Source: an uncultured delta proteobacterium (GTDB lineage: Bacteria; Myxococcota_A; Polyangia; Polyangiales; Polyangiaceae). Taken from it: a stretch of 64,000 bases of DNA. Positions 37,161-46,509 of this stretch are shown piece after piece. Numbering within the stretch: position 1 is the first letter of the stretch; each line of letters opens with the position of its first letter. Both the position numbers and the translations under genes were made by a program. The stretch is from NCBI GenBank assembly GCA_963806225.1, contig CAWDXG010000004.1, positions 3,584,001 to 3,648,000 of the forward strand, written 5' to 3'. The notes beneath the pieces are model-generated. The model was given only the letters and a program-made list of their open reading frames with translations, had not been told where the DNA came from and searched no databases.

Positions 37161-38163
37161 ATGAAGGTGCTGGTCGTCGGACAGGGCTTGATCGGGAAAC
37201 AGCGAGCCGCCGCGCTGCACTCCCACGCGGACGTGGAGCTGGCGGGCACGGTGGACCCCGCGGGGCGCGACGCGGCCCTGTACGGCAGCGCGCCGCACTT
37301 CGAGCGCTTCGAGGACGTGCCAGAGGCAAGCTACGACGCGGCCGTCATCGCGCTGCCGCACGATCTCGCTCCGCCGGTCGCGCGCGCCGTGCTCGGGCAG
37401 GGAAAGCCCATCCTGATCGAGAAGCCGCTCGGTCGCGATCTGGTGGAAGCGCAGTCGATCGTCGACGCGGCACAGGGCGCGAAGCTGCCGAGCTTCGTCG
37501 GCTACAACTATCGCTTCATCCCGAACGTCCGCGCCGCACTGGTCAAGGCACGCGAGGGCGGGCTCGGCAAGATGCGGAGCGTGGATTTCCTGCTCGGCCA
37601 CGGCGGCCACCCGAAGTCGGCCGAAGGCTGGAAGCTCCGCCCCGAGCGCGCCGGTGGCGGAGTGCTGATCGATCCGGGCGTGCACCTGCTCGATCTGCTG
37701 CTGTGCATCGACCCGGAGCTCGAGCTATCGCACGTGGAGGCGACGCGCGGCTTCTGGCCGACGGGCATCGAGGAGGATCTCGGTCACGGTGATGTCGCAC
37801 GGTTCGCTCTTGGCAACCGTGCGCGTGTCGCTGGTGCGCTGGGTGAACACCTTCCGCCTCGAGCTGATGGGCGAGGATGCCTACGCTCTTGTCGAAGGGC
37901 GCGGCGGCAACTACGGCCCGCTCGGTCTGCGCGTCGGCAAGCGCTGGGGCTGGAACGACGGCAGCGGCCGCGCGCAACGCGACACCGAGGAAGTCCGCGA
38001 CCTCGGCGCGAAGGACACGAGCCTCGTCGACGAGCTCGGCGCCGTCGTGGCGCGCTGGACCGGGCAAGGCGCCCCCGATGCGGGCCCGCCACCCGCCACG
38101 CTGGAAGACGGGCTGCGCGTGGCGGAGCTCTGCGCGCGCATGTACGAGCGTCTCGGCACATGA
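37161..38163 (+). pseudogene. Gfo/Idh/MocA oxidoreductase with a +1 frameshift at ~37782
   Basis: VVGQGLIG, LIEKP, VGYNYRF, GGGVLIDPGVH. Removing one G from CTCGGTCACG gives EEDLVTVMSHG, joining ORF 37789..38163, whose stop overlaps the next ATG. Confidence 0.8.
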
Positions 38164-39392
38164 ACGCGCCGGCGGAGTTCCGCTATTTCGAGCGGCTCGA
38201 CCGTCCCGGCGTGCGGCGCCTGCGCGCCGTGTCGCGCGCGCTGTTCGGTGTCGACCCCGCCCCGCCCGACGAGGTCGTTCGCACCTTCGCCTCGATGTAC
38301 TACGACGCCGATCCGCTCGCCGAGGCGTTCGTCGAGGAAGTGCACCTCGGCCGGAGCCCGGCCGAAGGCCGCGAGATGCTCGAGCAGGCGCTCGCCGGCG
38401 GCGTCGCATCCGTGCCCGACGCGCCGGAGTCGCTTCGCCGCCTGTTCGCGGACATCGAAGAGGACCCAGCCTGGGTCGATCACGAGCTGGTCGCGAAGGG
38501 CGCGAGCGTGTTCCGCCGCTACGGCACCGACGTGTTCCGCTTCGCGGGCGCCATCACGCTGACGGCCTACACCGAGAGCTCCGTGGCCAAGCCGCTCGCG
38601 CTCACCGGCGCCTACGCCGGCTCCACGGCACGGCACCGCTTCCTCGAGACCGCCGCGTTCTGGATCTCCGTCTCGGAGCCAGGTGGCCTCGCACCGGGCG
38701 CAGCCGGCCGCGCTTCGGCGCTGCGCGTGCGCGTCATGCACGTCTTCGTGCGCACGAAGCTGCTCGCGCATCCCGAGTGGAAGCTCGACGACTGGGGTGT
38801 GCCCATCAGCCAGGGCGACGCGCTGCTCACGCTGATGGGCGGCAGCTTCGCTCCCGGGCTCGCGCTGTACATGCTGGGCTACCGCACGTCGCGCCGCGAG
38901 ATCGAGGCGCTGATGCACTTCTGGCGCTACGTCGGCCACCTGATGGGCGTGCGGCCCCGCTGGTATCCGGCGTCGCTCGGCGAAGCCGCCCAGCTTTCCT
39001 TCGTCACGTTCCTCAAGGGCGCCCACCGCGCCGGCGAGGACGGCCGCAAGCTGTGCCAGGCCTACGCCTCGGCATTCGCGCCCGAGCCCGGGCTGCCGCT
39101 CGCCCGCCGCGTACGCGAGTCGCTCGCCCACCGCGCGCACGTCGGCACCACGCGCTTCTTCATGCCGCGCTCGGCCTACCGTAGAAACGACCTGCCGCGC
39201 GCCGGCCTGTGGGCGCTCTATCCGCTGGCGCAGGCTCCGTTCATCTTCACTGCCGAGACGCTGCGCCGTGCGTTCCCGCCACTCGAACACGTGGCTGACC
39301 GGATCGCCCGCACGCGCCGCCGGCGCTGGCTCGCGCGCTACATGGGCGGCCGACGCGCCGAGTACCGCCCCGCGGAACGGTTCACCCGCTGA
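38160..39392 (+). CDS. Oxygenase MpaB/DUF2236 (Lcp-like heme) family protein
   Basis: ATGA overlap. DADPLA, KPLALTG, RFLET, RVRVMHVFVR, WGVPISQGD, HFWRYVGHLMGV. Confidence 0.8.
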   Translation: MNAPAEFRYFERLDRPGVRRLRAVSRALFGVDPAPPDEVVRTFASMYYDADPLAEAFVEEVHLGRSPAEGREMLEQALAGGVASVPDAPESLRRLFADIEEDPAWVDHELVAKGASVFRRYGTDVFRFAGAITLTAYTESSVAKPLALTGAYAGSTARHRFLETAAFWISVSEPGGLAPGAAGRASALRVRVMHVFVRTKLLAHPEWKLDDWGVPISQGDALLTLMGGSFAPGLALYMLGYRTSRREIEALMHFWRYVGHLMGVRPRWYPASLGEAAQLSFVTFLKGAHRAGEDGRKLCQAYASAFAPEPGLPLARRVRESLAHRAHVGTTRFFMPRSAYRRNDLPRAGLWALYPLAQAPFIFTAETLRRAFPPLEHVADRIARTRRRRWLARYMGGRRAEYRPAERFTR

Positions 39393-39447
39393 GCGCGAGA
39401 ATTGTCGGGCAGCGCACGCGCGGCTGCGATATGCCTCCCGCGTGGGC

Positions 39448-40077
39448 ATGAACCGCCGCGGCGTCATCCTGGATCGGGACGCGACGCTCATCGACATCGT
39501 GCGCGACGAGGAGAGCGGTGCGCTGTCGGTAGCGTTCCACCCGTCGCACGTCCGCCTGCTGGCCGGCGTGGTCGAGGGCCTGCAGCAGCTGCGCGACGCC
39601 GGCTACGTGCTGTGCATCGCGACCAACCAGCCGGCGCCGGCCAAGGGCCAGTTCTCCGCGGCCGCCGTCGAGCGCACCAACCAGGCGCTGCTCGACCAGC
39701 TCTCCGCCGAAGGCATCTCGATCGCCTCTCTGGAGGTGTGCCTGCACCACCCCGAGGGCGGTCCAGGCGGGGATCCGGCGCTCGTCGGGCCGTGCGAGTG
39801 CCGCAAGCCGAAGCCGGGGCTGCTCCTCGCCGCGATGCAGCACGTTGGACTCACGGCCGCGCACACCTGGATGATCGGGGATTCGGCCTCCGACGTGCTG
39901 GCCGCGAAGGCGGCCGGCGTGCGCTCCGCGCTGGTCTTTCCCCAGAACCGCTGCGAGCTCTGCCCGCTCAAGGGCGGCCCCAGCGTGACTCCAGACCGGG
40001 TGGCATCGCGGCTGGACGAGCTCGCCAAGCTGCTGATCGCCGACGACGGGCTTGTGGAAACGGGCGATCCCCGCTAA
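39448..40077 (+). CDS. gmhB: HAD-IIIA D-glycero-D-manno-heptose bisphosphate phosphatase
   Basis: LDRDATL, ATNQ, CLHHP...CECRKPKPG (Zn site), MIGDS. Confidence 0.82.
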   Translation: MNRRGVILDRDATLIDIVRDEESGALSVAFHPSHVRLLAGVVEGLQQLRDAGYVLCIATNQPAPAKGQFSAAAVERTNQALLDQLSAEGISIASLEVCLHHPEGGPGGDPALVGPCECRKPKPGLLLAAMQHVGLTAAHTWMIGDSASDVLAAKAAGVRSALVFPQNRCELCPLKGGPSVTPDRVASRLDELAKLLIADDGLVETGDPR

Positions 40078-40160
40078 TCGCCGCGGTCGCACCCGGCCCG
40101 CTTTGGGCTATGGTTCGTCATCGGGCGGCCCCCGGTGTGCCGCTAGAAGGAGACTCGCTG

Positions 40161-40814
40161 GTGCTTTTTCTCGACAGCTCGGATCCCGCGGAGATCAAGG
40201 AGATCAGCTCGTGGGGCGTCCTCTCGGGCGTGACCACCAACCCGCTCATCATCTCGCGGGAAGCCGGGGACGTGGATCTCAAGCAACGCATCCACGAGGT
40301 CATCAAGGTCTCGACCGGGCACGTGTCGGTGGAGCTGACCACCGAGACCGAGAAGGAGATGCTGGACGAAGCGCTCGGCTACCACGAGTGGAACCCGAAG
40401 CGCATCTGCGTGAAGGTGCCGTTCAGCGAGACGGGGCTCAAGGTGCTGCACCAGCTGGTGCAGAGAGAGGTGCCGACAAACGTCACCTGCATGATGAGCT
40501 TCAACCAGGCGTATCTGGCTGCGCTGGCTGGCGCGACGTACGTGAGCCTGTTCAGCGGGCGCATCCGCGACATGGGCTACGACGTGCGTCCGGTCATCCG
40601 CGAGACGCGCGCCATCCTCGATCGCGAGGAGCTTTCGAGCCGCATCATCGTGGGCTCGGTGCGGCACATGATGGACGTGAACGAGGCGCTGATGGACGGC
40701 GCGCACATCGTCACCGTGCCCCCCCCCATCCTGCGCAAGATGCTCTGGAACCCGCGCACCGAAAGCACCATCCGCGAGTTCAACGACGCCTGGAAGAACC
40801 GCGGCAAGAAGTAA
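40161..40814 (+). CDS. tal: Transaldolase (short TalC/Fsa family)
   Basis: GTG after AGGAGA. FLDS, GVTTNP, VKVP (Schiff-base Lys), TNVT, YVSLFSGR. Confidence 0.88.
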   Translation: MLFLDSSDPAEIKEISSWGVLSGVTTNPLIISREAGDVDLKQRIHEVIKVSTGHVSVELTTETEKEMLDEALGYHEWNPKRICVKVPFSETGLKVLHQLVQREVPTNVTCMMSFNQAYLAALAGATYVSLFSGRIRDMGYDVRPVIRETRAILDREELSSRIIVGSVRHMMDVNEALMDGAHIVTVPPPILRKMLWNPRTESTIREFNDAWKNRGKK

Positions 40815-40851
40815 CGTCGCCCGCACGGCACGCGGCGACGTAGGGCGGGGG

Positions 40852-41056
40852 TTCGCGGGAAGGCGGGAAGGTTTCTGGGGTCGAGAGCTGGCTCGCCCAG
40901 TACCGCTAATCCAGAGACCTACACCCGCGACACGACGGCCAGGCGCGTCGCGACGCGGATCCTCTGGACGAGCCGCACCGCGAGCCCCAGCCCTCGACCA
41001 AAAAAGAGAAAGCCGTCCCCGGATCCGTGAGGAGCGGCTTCCCGCCTTCCTGTGAA
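40852..41056. repeat. ~205-bp nested inverted-repeat (REP/MITE-like) element between convergent genes
   Basis: Outer arms TTCGCGGGAAGGCGGGAAG (40852-70) and CTTCCCGCCTTCCTGTGAA (41038-56) match at 17/19. Inner arms GGTCGAGAGCTGGCTCGC and GCGAGCCCCAGCCCTCGACC. Confidence 0.7.
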
Positions 41057-41088
41057 AGGACCCCGCGAAATGAGTGCGCGACGGCGCG

Positions 41089-41847
41089 CTACAGCTTGCC
41101 GCGTATGGCGTCGTAGCGGAGCTTCCACACCATGCCGATGGCTTCGGCGAAGATGCGGCGGCTCATCTTGCTCTCGCCGGCGCGACGGTCCACGAACACG
41201 ATCGGCACCTCGACCACCTCGAGCCCGCGGCGGAGCGCGCGGTACGTCATCTCGATCTGGAACGAGTAGCCGTTCGACTGCACGCTCGGCAGATCGATCG
41301 CCTCGAGCGCGCGGCGCGTGTAGGCCTTGTAGCCTGTGGTGAGGTCCCGCACGTCGACGCCCAGGATGACCCGTGAGTAGAGCGAACCACCCCTGCTCAG
41401 CACGTGGCGGCCGAGCCCCCAGCCTTCCACGCCACCGCCTTCGATGTTGCGCGATCCGACGACCACGTCCGCGCCCTCTTCGAACGCGCGGAAGAACGCC
41501 GGCAGGTAGTTCGGATCGTGCGAGAGATCCGCGTCCATCTCGAAGAAGTAGTCGTAACCCTCGGCAAGCCCCTTCTGGAAGGCCGACAGATACGCCGTAC
41601 CGAGGCCCTGCTTGCCCTCCCGGTGGAGCACACTCACGCGCGGTTCGTGCTCCGCGATACCGTCGGCGATGCGCCCCGTGCCGTCCGGGGAGTTGTCGTC
41701 CACCACCAGGATGTGCGCTTGCGGCGCCACCTCCAGCGTCGCCCGCACGAACAGCGGCAGGTTGTACCGCTCGTCGTAGGTTGGCGTGACGATCAGGGCG
41801 CGCTCTCCGAGCGGCGCCCGCGGAGGAACGGTGGACGGCGAGGCCAT
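41089..41847 (-). CDS. Polyprenol monophosphomannose synthase-like GT2 (Ppm1/DPM1-like)
   Basis: PTYDE, VVDDNSPDGTG, GLGTAY, EMDADLSHDP, DLTTGYKAY, SNGYSFQIE, DRRAGESKM. Confidence 0.9.
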   Translation of the reverse strand: MASPSTVPPRAPLGERALIVTPTYDERYNLPLFVRATLEVAPQAHILVVDDNSPDGTGRIADGIAEHEPRVSVLHREGKQGLGTAYLSAFQKGLAEGYDYFFEMDADLSHDPNYLPAFFRAFEEGADVVVGSRNIEGGGVEGWGLGRHVLSRGGSLYSRVILGVDVRDLTTGYKAYTRRALEAIDLPSVQSNGYSFQIEMTYRALRRGLEVVEVPIVFVDRRAGESKMSRRIFAEAIGMVWKLRYDAIRGKL

Positions 41848-41994
41848 GGCGTGCGGAGCACCTATAGCGCGGGCCGGCGCGGAGCGCGCGCCGAAAGGCC
41901 CGCGAATCCGGCTGCCCCGGAAGAGCGGCGTGGTTTCGAGGGGGGCGACAAGTCGTGAGCAGGCGCGGCGCGCTGTGGTACCGTCCGGCTCCAC

Positions 41995-44238
41995 ATGGCC
42001 GGCGCTGGACGATTTCCGCGAGTGGACGCACGCGGATTGCCGCTGGCCGATCCACGGGTCGAGCGCATCGGGCGCATCCTGGCGGCGATCACGAGCCTGT
42101 GGTTTCTGGCAGCCGCGGCGTGGGAGATCGCAGGCCCGTTCGGTGCCGGGCACTACGCCTCGTCGGCATCCGTCGGCATCGGCGGCGAGAACATCTTCCA
42201 CTGGGGGATCCTCGGGCCCGTACTCGAGTACACGCTGAGGAAGCCGACCAGCGCGCTCTACTACTGCCACCATCCGTGGGGCATCTACTGGACGACTGCG
42301 GTGCTCGTGAAGCTGTTCGGGCACCACGACCTCGTGTGCCGGCTGGCTCCAGTGCTGCTCAGCGCGGCGACGCCGCCGCTCCTGTACGGGATCGGCCGTG
42401 CGCTATGGGGCCCGATTGCCGGAGCGCTGTCGGCCGCTTCGTTCGTCGTGCTGCCGATCGCGCTGGCGTTTGCGGACTTCAACGCTTTCGAAGTGCCGAC
42501 GATTTTCGGGGTGCTGCTCTGCACGTGGGGCTACGTGCGGCTGAGCCAGACCTGGAAGCGGCGCTTTCTGGTAGCGAGCCTGATCGGCGCGTTCTGGGCG
42601 GTGAACAGCGACTGGCCCGGGTTCATGTTCCTGGCGGTGGTCCTCGCGTTCATGCTGCCGCGGGGGCTCTTGCTCCGGCGCTTCTGGTACGCGCCGGTCG
42701 ACACGCGGCGCTTTGCACAGTGGTGGTCGATCGCGGCGTCGATCGCCGTGGTGGTGCTGCTGTTCTACATCTACGAGTTCCAGCACGCGAAGCAGCTCGC
42801 CGTCTTCCTGACGCAGGGACAAATCCGCGCGAGCGGCGCCTCGATGTCGCTCGACAAGGTGCTGGAGAGCCGGAAATACTGGATCGAAGTCTCCTTCACG
42901 CCGCTGGCGATCTTCCTCGGCAAGGTCGCGCTGCCGCTGCTCGTCCTCAGGCTCGTTCTGCTGCGGCGGGATCTGGAGGTGTTCCCGCTCGCGATCCTGG
43001 TGATGGCGACGGTGCAGTACCTGGTGTTCAAGGAGGGCGCGGACATCCACATCTTCTGGCCGCACTACTTCGCGCCGTACTTCGGGTTGGCGGTGGGCGC
43101 CATCGCGGCGAGCGCGGAGGGTGCAGCGCGCTGGCTGGTGCTCCGGGTGCGCGGAGCGGGCGGCATGCTGGTGCCACCGCTGTCGGCGCTGGCGGTGTTC
43201 ATCTGGGTGCCGTTGGCGATTCTGCCCGACGGCATCGACGGCCTGAACTACGCGCGCAACACGGGCGGCCGCTTCAACGAAAACGGCCGCATCATCCACC
43301 AGGACGTGGACAAGGCGGCGCTGATGAAGTGGCTCGAACCGAAGATGGAGAGCCACACGTCGGCGGCTTTCGACATCGCCATGCGCTTCCAGTGGTCATT
43401 CGCCTGGGAGCTGCGGCGCCCGGTCGACCCGATCAGCCCTCCCCCTGCCCGCCGCAAGACCGGCACGCGCCAGTACTTCCTGGTCGATACGCGCTTTGTG
43501 TCCTCGGACAAGGAGTTGACGTCGCTCGCGGACAGCTTCGCGGTCACGGCGGTCGGTCCGTACTGGACGATCAATCGCGGCAAGCCGAAGGCGCCCATCG
43601 AGGGCTACGTGTTCCAGCGGCGCGAGCCGAGCTGGTTCGAGTGGTGCCTCTACCAGGCGCACGACCCGGTCTACACGATCCAGAAGGACGCCTATCACAC
43701 GTGGGAGCTCCGCGACAGCTACGGGCAGGAGCCGAACCCCGCCCCGCAGGGTCCGCTGCTCACACCCGATCAACGCCGCGTCGCACACAACATGGCCCTC
43801 GCCGGAGGCGACACCGCACTGGCGGCCAAGCTGGAGCAGGAGCTCGTTTCGGATCTCGATCGGTCGGTTGCGGTTCGCTACGACGACGGCACCGAGCTGC
43901 TCGGAATGAGCTTCGACAAGGGCGTAGCACCCCGTCTGACGCTCTACTTCAAGGCGAGCGGATCCGAGAAAAACATGGAGTTCGAGATCCGCTCGGAAGT
44001 GGAAAAGAAGAAGAAGTGGTCCTGGGTCCCGGCGGACGAAAAGGTGCGTGTAGTCGGCATGCCGTTCAGCATCCCGTCCGGCCTGTGGAAGAAGGGCTTC
44101 ATCTACACGTCCGTCACCGAGATAAGAAAGCGCCCCGGTCTCGAGCGCTACTACGGCTACTTCCACACGGTACGCGGCGGCACCCCGCCGCTGCCCGCGA
44201 AGGGCGGCGTGCGGCGTACGTTGTTGATGCTCCAGTAG
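41995..44238 (+). CDS. GT-C (PMT/ArnT-like) membrane glycosyltransferase with large periplasmic C-terminal domain
   Basis: 747 aa. YYCHHP after the first loop, CRLAPVL, many TMs, HIFWPHYF, soluble C-terminal half. Confidence 0.72.
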   Translation: MAGAGRFPRVDARGLPLADPRVERIGRILAAITSLWFLAAAAWEIAGPFGAGHYASSASVGIGGENIFHWGILGPVLEYTLRKPTSALYYCHHPWGIYWTTAVLVKLFGHHDLVCRLAPVLLSAATPPLLYGIGRALWGPIAGALSAASFVVLPIALAFADFNAFEVPTIFGVLLCTWGYVRLSQTWKRRFLVASLIGAFWAVNSDWPGFMFLAVVLAFMLPRGLLLRRFWYAPVDTRRFAQWWSIAASIAVVVLLFYIYEFQHAKQLAVFLTQGQIRASGASMSLDKVLESRKYWIEVSFTPLAIFLGKVALPLLVLRLVLLRRDLEVFPLAILVMATVQYLVFKEGADIHIFWPHYFAPYFGLAVGAIAASAEGAARWLVLRVRGAGGMLVPPLSALAVFIWVPLAILPDGIDGLNYARNTGGRFNENGRIIHQDVDKAALMKWLEPKMESHTSAAFDIAMRFQWSFAWELRRPVDPISPPPARRKTGTRQYFLVDTRFVSSDKELTSLADSFAVTAVGPYWTINRGKPKAPIEGYVFQRREPSWFEWCLYQAHDPVYTIQKDAYHTWELRDSYGQEPNPAPQGPLLTPDQRRVAHNMALAGGDTALAAKLEQELVSDLDRSVAVRYDDGTELLGMSFDKGVAPRLTLYFKASGSEKNMEFEIRSEVEKKKKWSWVPADEKVRVVGMPFSIPSGLWKKGFIYTSVTEIRKRPGLERYYGYFHTVRGGTPPLPAKGGVRRTLLMLQ

Positions 44239-44241
44239 CGG

Positions 44242-46431
44242 CTACTTCACGTCGAGCCCGAGCTCGTGGGCGAAGAACGTGAGGGCGGCGGCCTTGTTGC
44301 CGACGCGCTGGCTGAAGGACGCGGTCACGCCGTGGCCGGCATGCATGCGCGTAATGAGCACGATGGGGCGATTCGACGAAGTGGCGGCCTGGAGCGCAGC
44401 GGCGAATTTGCGCGACTGCCAGGGAGCGACGCGCGGGTCGTTCACACCGGTTTCGAGCAGCACGGCGGGATAGGCAGCCCCCGGCTTGACGTGGTGGAGC
44501 GGCGAGTAGGCGTACAGCCAGTCGAACTGCTTGTCCTTCGTCACGGTCCCGTACTCGCTGATGTTGTAGCGACCGTTGGGCCAGAGCTCGGCGCGCAGCA
44601 TGTCGTAGATGCCGACAAAGCTGGCGACCGCGCGGAACGCGCTCGGATGCTGGGTGAGCTCGGCGCCCATGAGCAGGCCACCGTTCGAGCCTCCGAGGAT
44701 CCCGAGGTGCTTCTTGTCGGTCCAACCGTGCTTCTCCAGCGCCCTGGCCGCGGCGTAGAAATCGTCGAAGTCGTTCTGCTTGTTCTCGAGCATCCCCTGT
44801 GCGTGCCAGTCCTCGCCGAACTCGCCGCCGCCGCGGATGTTGGCCACGGCGTACACACCGCCGTGCTCGAGCCAGGTCAGATACGGTCCGAGGAAGCGCG
44901 GTCCGACCACCACGCCGTAGCCGCCATAGGCGTTGAGGATGGTGGGGCGTTTGCGATCCGGTTTCACGCCCTTGAGCGAAAGCACCGTCACCGGCACCTT
45001 CGTGCCGTCCTTCGACACCGCCGTCACGAGGTGGGTCTCGACCCTGGAATAGTCTGCCGGCGGTTTGACCGAGAAGATCGTAGAGAGCTTGCCCGCGCTG
45101 GCGTCGTAGCGCGCCCAGCGCCCGGCGATCTTCCAGCCCGAATACTCGAATAGAACCTGGTCCGACAGGTCGCTCGACGCCACATCGTTCACGGAGATGC
45201 CGTCGGCGGGCAGCGGCACGCTGCGCACGCGCTTGCCCTTCTCGTCGTACTGGTCCACGCGCCAGGTCGGCCCCTGCACCATCACCAGCACGAACCCGCC
45301 CTTTATCGCGTAGACGCCGTGCATCGCCCACTTCTGCTCTGCAACGAGCTGGCGCATCCCGCCCTTCTCGTCGAGCGAGAGCAGGCGGCCCATGGGCGCG
45401 CCCTGGTGCGTTACCGCAAGCAGGTTGTCACCCAGCCACGACGCGGCGCCGCCGTTCAGCCGCGGCGCGCCGCCCGCGCGTACGTTCGCGTCGGGGCCCA
45501 ACACGCGCTTCCACCCGGCGCCCTTCTCCATGAACACGCGCGTGGGATTGCCGTCTCCGAAGTGCACGAGGATGGCGCGGTGCTTTCCGTCACCCGAGAC
45601 GGCGAAGGAGTACTCCGCAACCGGCGAGAGATCCTTGCCGAACGCTAGCTTGTCGTCCTTGACCGGCTTTGCGAGTACGTGGTGATAGATGGCGGCGTTG
45701 AACTGCAGGTCGCTCTTCTTCACCGTTCCGGGCAGCGGCAGCCGGACATAGAGCAGGCCCTTCGAGTCCGGGTCCCAGGCCAGCGCCTGCGGCGTGGTGC
45801 CGCCGCCGGCGTAAGGCAGGCTGTCCGAAAGCTGCTTGCCGTCGGAGACGCGCACCACGTGAATCGTCGTGGCTTCGCTGCCGCCCTCCGCCGTGCCGTA
45901 CGCGACGTAGGTTCCGTCCGGCGATGGCCAGTAGCGCGTGATGGCCGTGCCGCGCGACTTGTTGGGGTCGTAGAGCACCTTCGCCTTGCCTTCCGGCCAG
46001 GGCTGCAGTGCCAGCACGGCCTGCTGCTGCGGCGGCGTCTGCTCCAGGAAGAACAGCTTCCCTGCCCCGAGCACGGGGGCGAAGCGGTCGGTAGACGTGA
46101 GCGAGAGCTGCCGCACCCGCTTCTCGATCGCCTTGCGCTCGGGGAACGAACCCATCACCTTGTCGGCGTAGGCATTCTGTTTCTTGATCCAGTCGTTGAC
46201 GGCGGGAGCATCGCCGTTCTCGAGCCAGCGGTACGGATCCATCACGGCCGCGCTGAAGTAGTGGTCGACAACGTCGTGCTTTGGCGTGGGCGGCGGCTTC
46301 AGCGTCGCGCTGGACGGCGGCTTGGCGCTCGGCGCGGGCTTGGCGCTCTTCGACTTGTCGTGACATGCCGGCAGCAGGGCCGCAGAAAGAAGGGCGATGG
46401 GGGCCAGGCGCGTCGCTCGTGCTCGGTTCAT
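44242..46431 (-). CDS. Prolyl oligopeptidase (S9A), lipoprotein
   Basis: LLPAC lipobox, DPYRWLE, NIRGGGEFG, GGSNGGLL (Ser), NDPRV (Asp), AGHG (His). Confidence 0.93.
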   Translation of the reverse strand: MNRARATRLAPIALLSAALLPACHDKSKSAKPAPSAKPPSSATLKPPPTPKHDVVDHYFSAAVMDPYRWLENGDAPAVNDWIKKQNAYADKVMGSFPERKAIEKRVRQLSLTSTDRFAPVLGAGKLFFLEQTPPQQQAVLALQPWPEGKAKVLYDPNKSRGTAITRYWPSPDGTYVAYGTAEGGSEATTIHVVRVSDGKQLSDSLPYAGGGTTPQALAWDPDSKGLLYVRLPLPGTVKKSDLQFNAAIYHHVLAKPVKDDKLAFGKDLSPVAEYSFAVSGDGKHRAILVHFGDGNPTRVFMEKGAGWKRVLGPDANVRAGGAPRLNGGAASWLGDNLLAVTHQGAPMGRLLSLDEKGGMRQLVAEQKWAMHGVYAIKGGFVLVMVQGPTWRVDQYDEKGKRVRSVPLPADGISVNDVASSDLSDQVLFEYSGWKIAGRWARYDASAGKLSTIFSVKPPADYSRVETHLVTAVSKDGTKVPVTVLSLKGVKPDRKRPTILNAYGGYGVVVGPRFLGPYLTWLEHGGVYAVANIRGGGEFGEDWHAQGMLENKQNDFDDFYAAARALEKHGWTDKKHLGILGGSNGGLLMGAELTQHPSAFRAVASFVGIYDMLRAELWPNGRYNISEYGTVTKDKQFDWLYAYSPLHHVKPGAAYPAVLLETGVNDPRVAPWQSRKFAAALQAATSSNRPIVLITRMHAGHGVTASFSQRVGNKAAALTFFAHELGLDVK

Positions 46432-46509
46432 GTCGTCACCCACGCTACCGCGACGGCGCGGGCGATGCGAGAGGCACCGGAGCCGCCGCCGCGTGCGGAA
46501 CTGTCCGGG

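Noticed and set aside
37161..39392. Apparent Gfo/Idh/MocA-DUF2236 fusion (743-aa ORF)
   Set aside because: Artefact of the +1 frameshift at ~37782. The true C-terminus is ORF 37789..38163, whose TGA overlaps the DUF2236 ATG.
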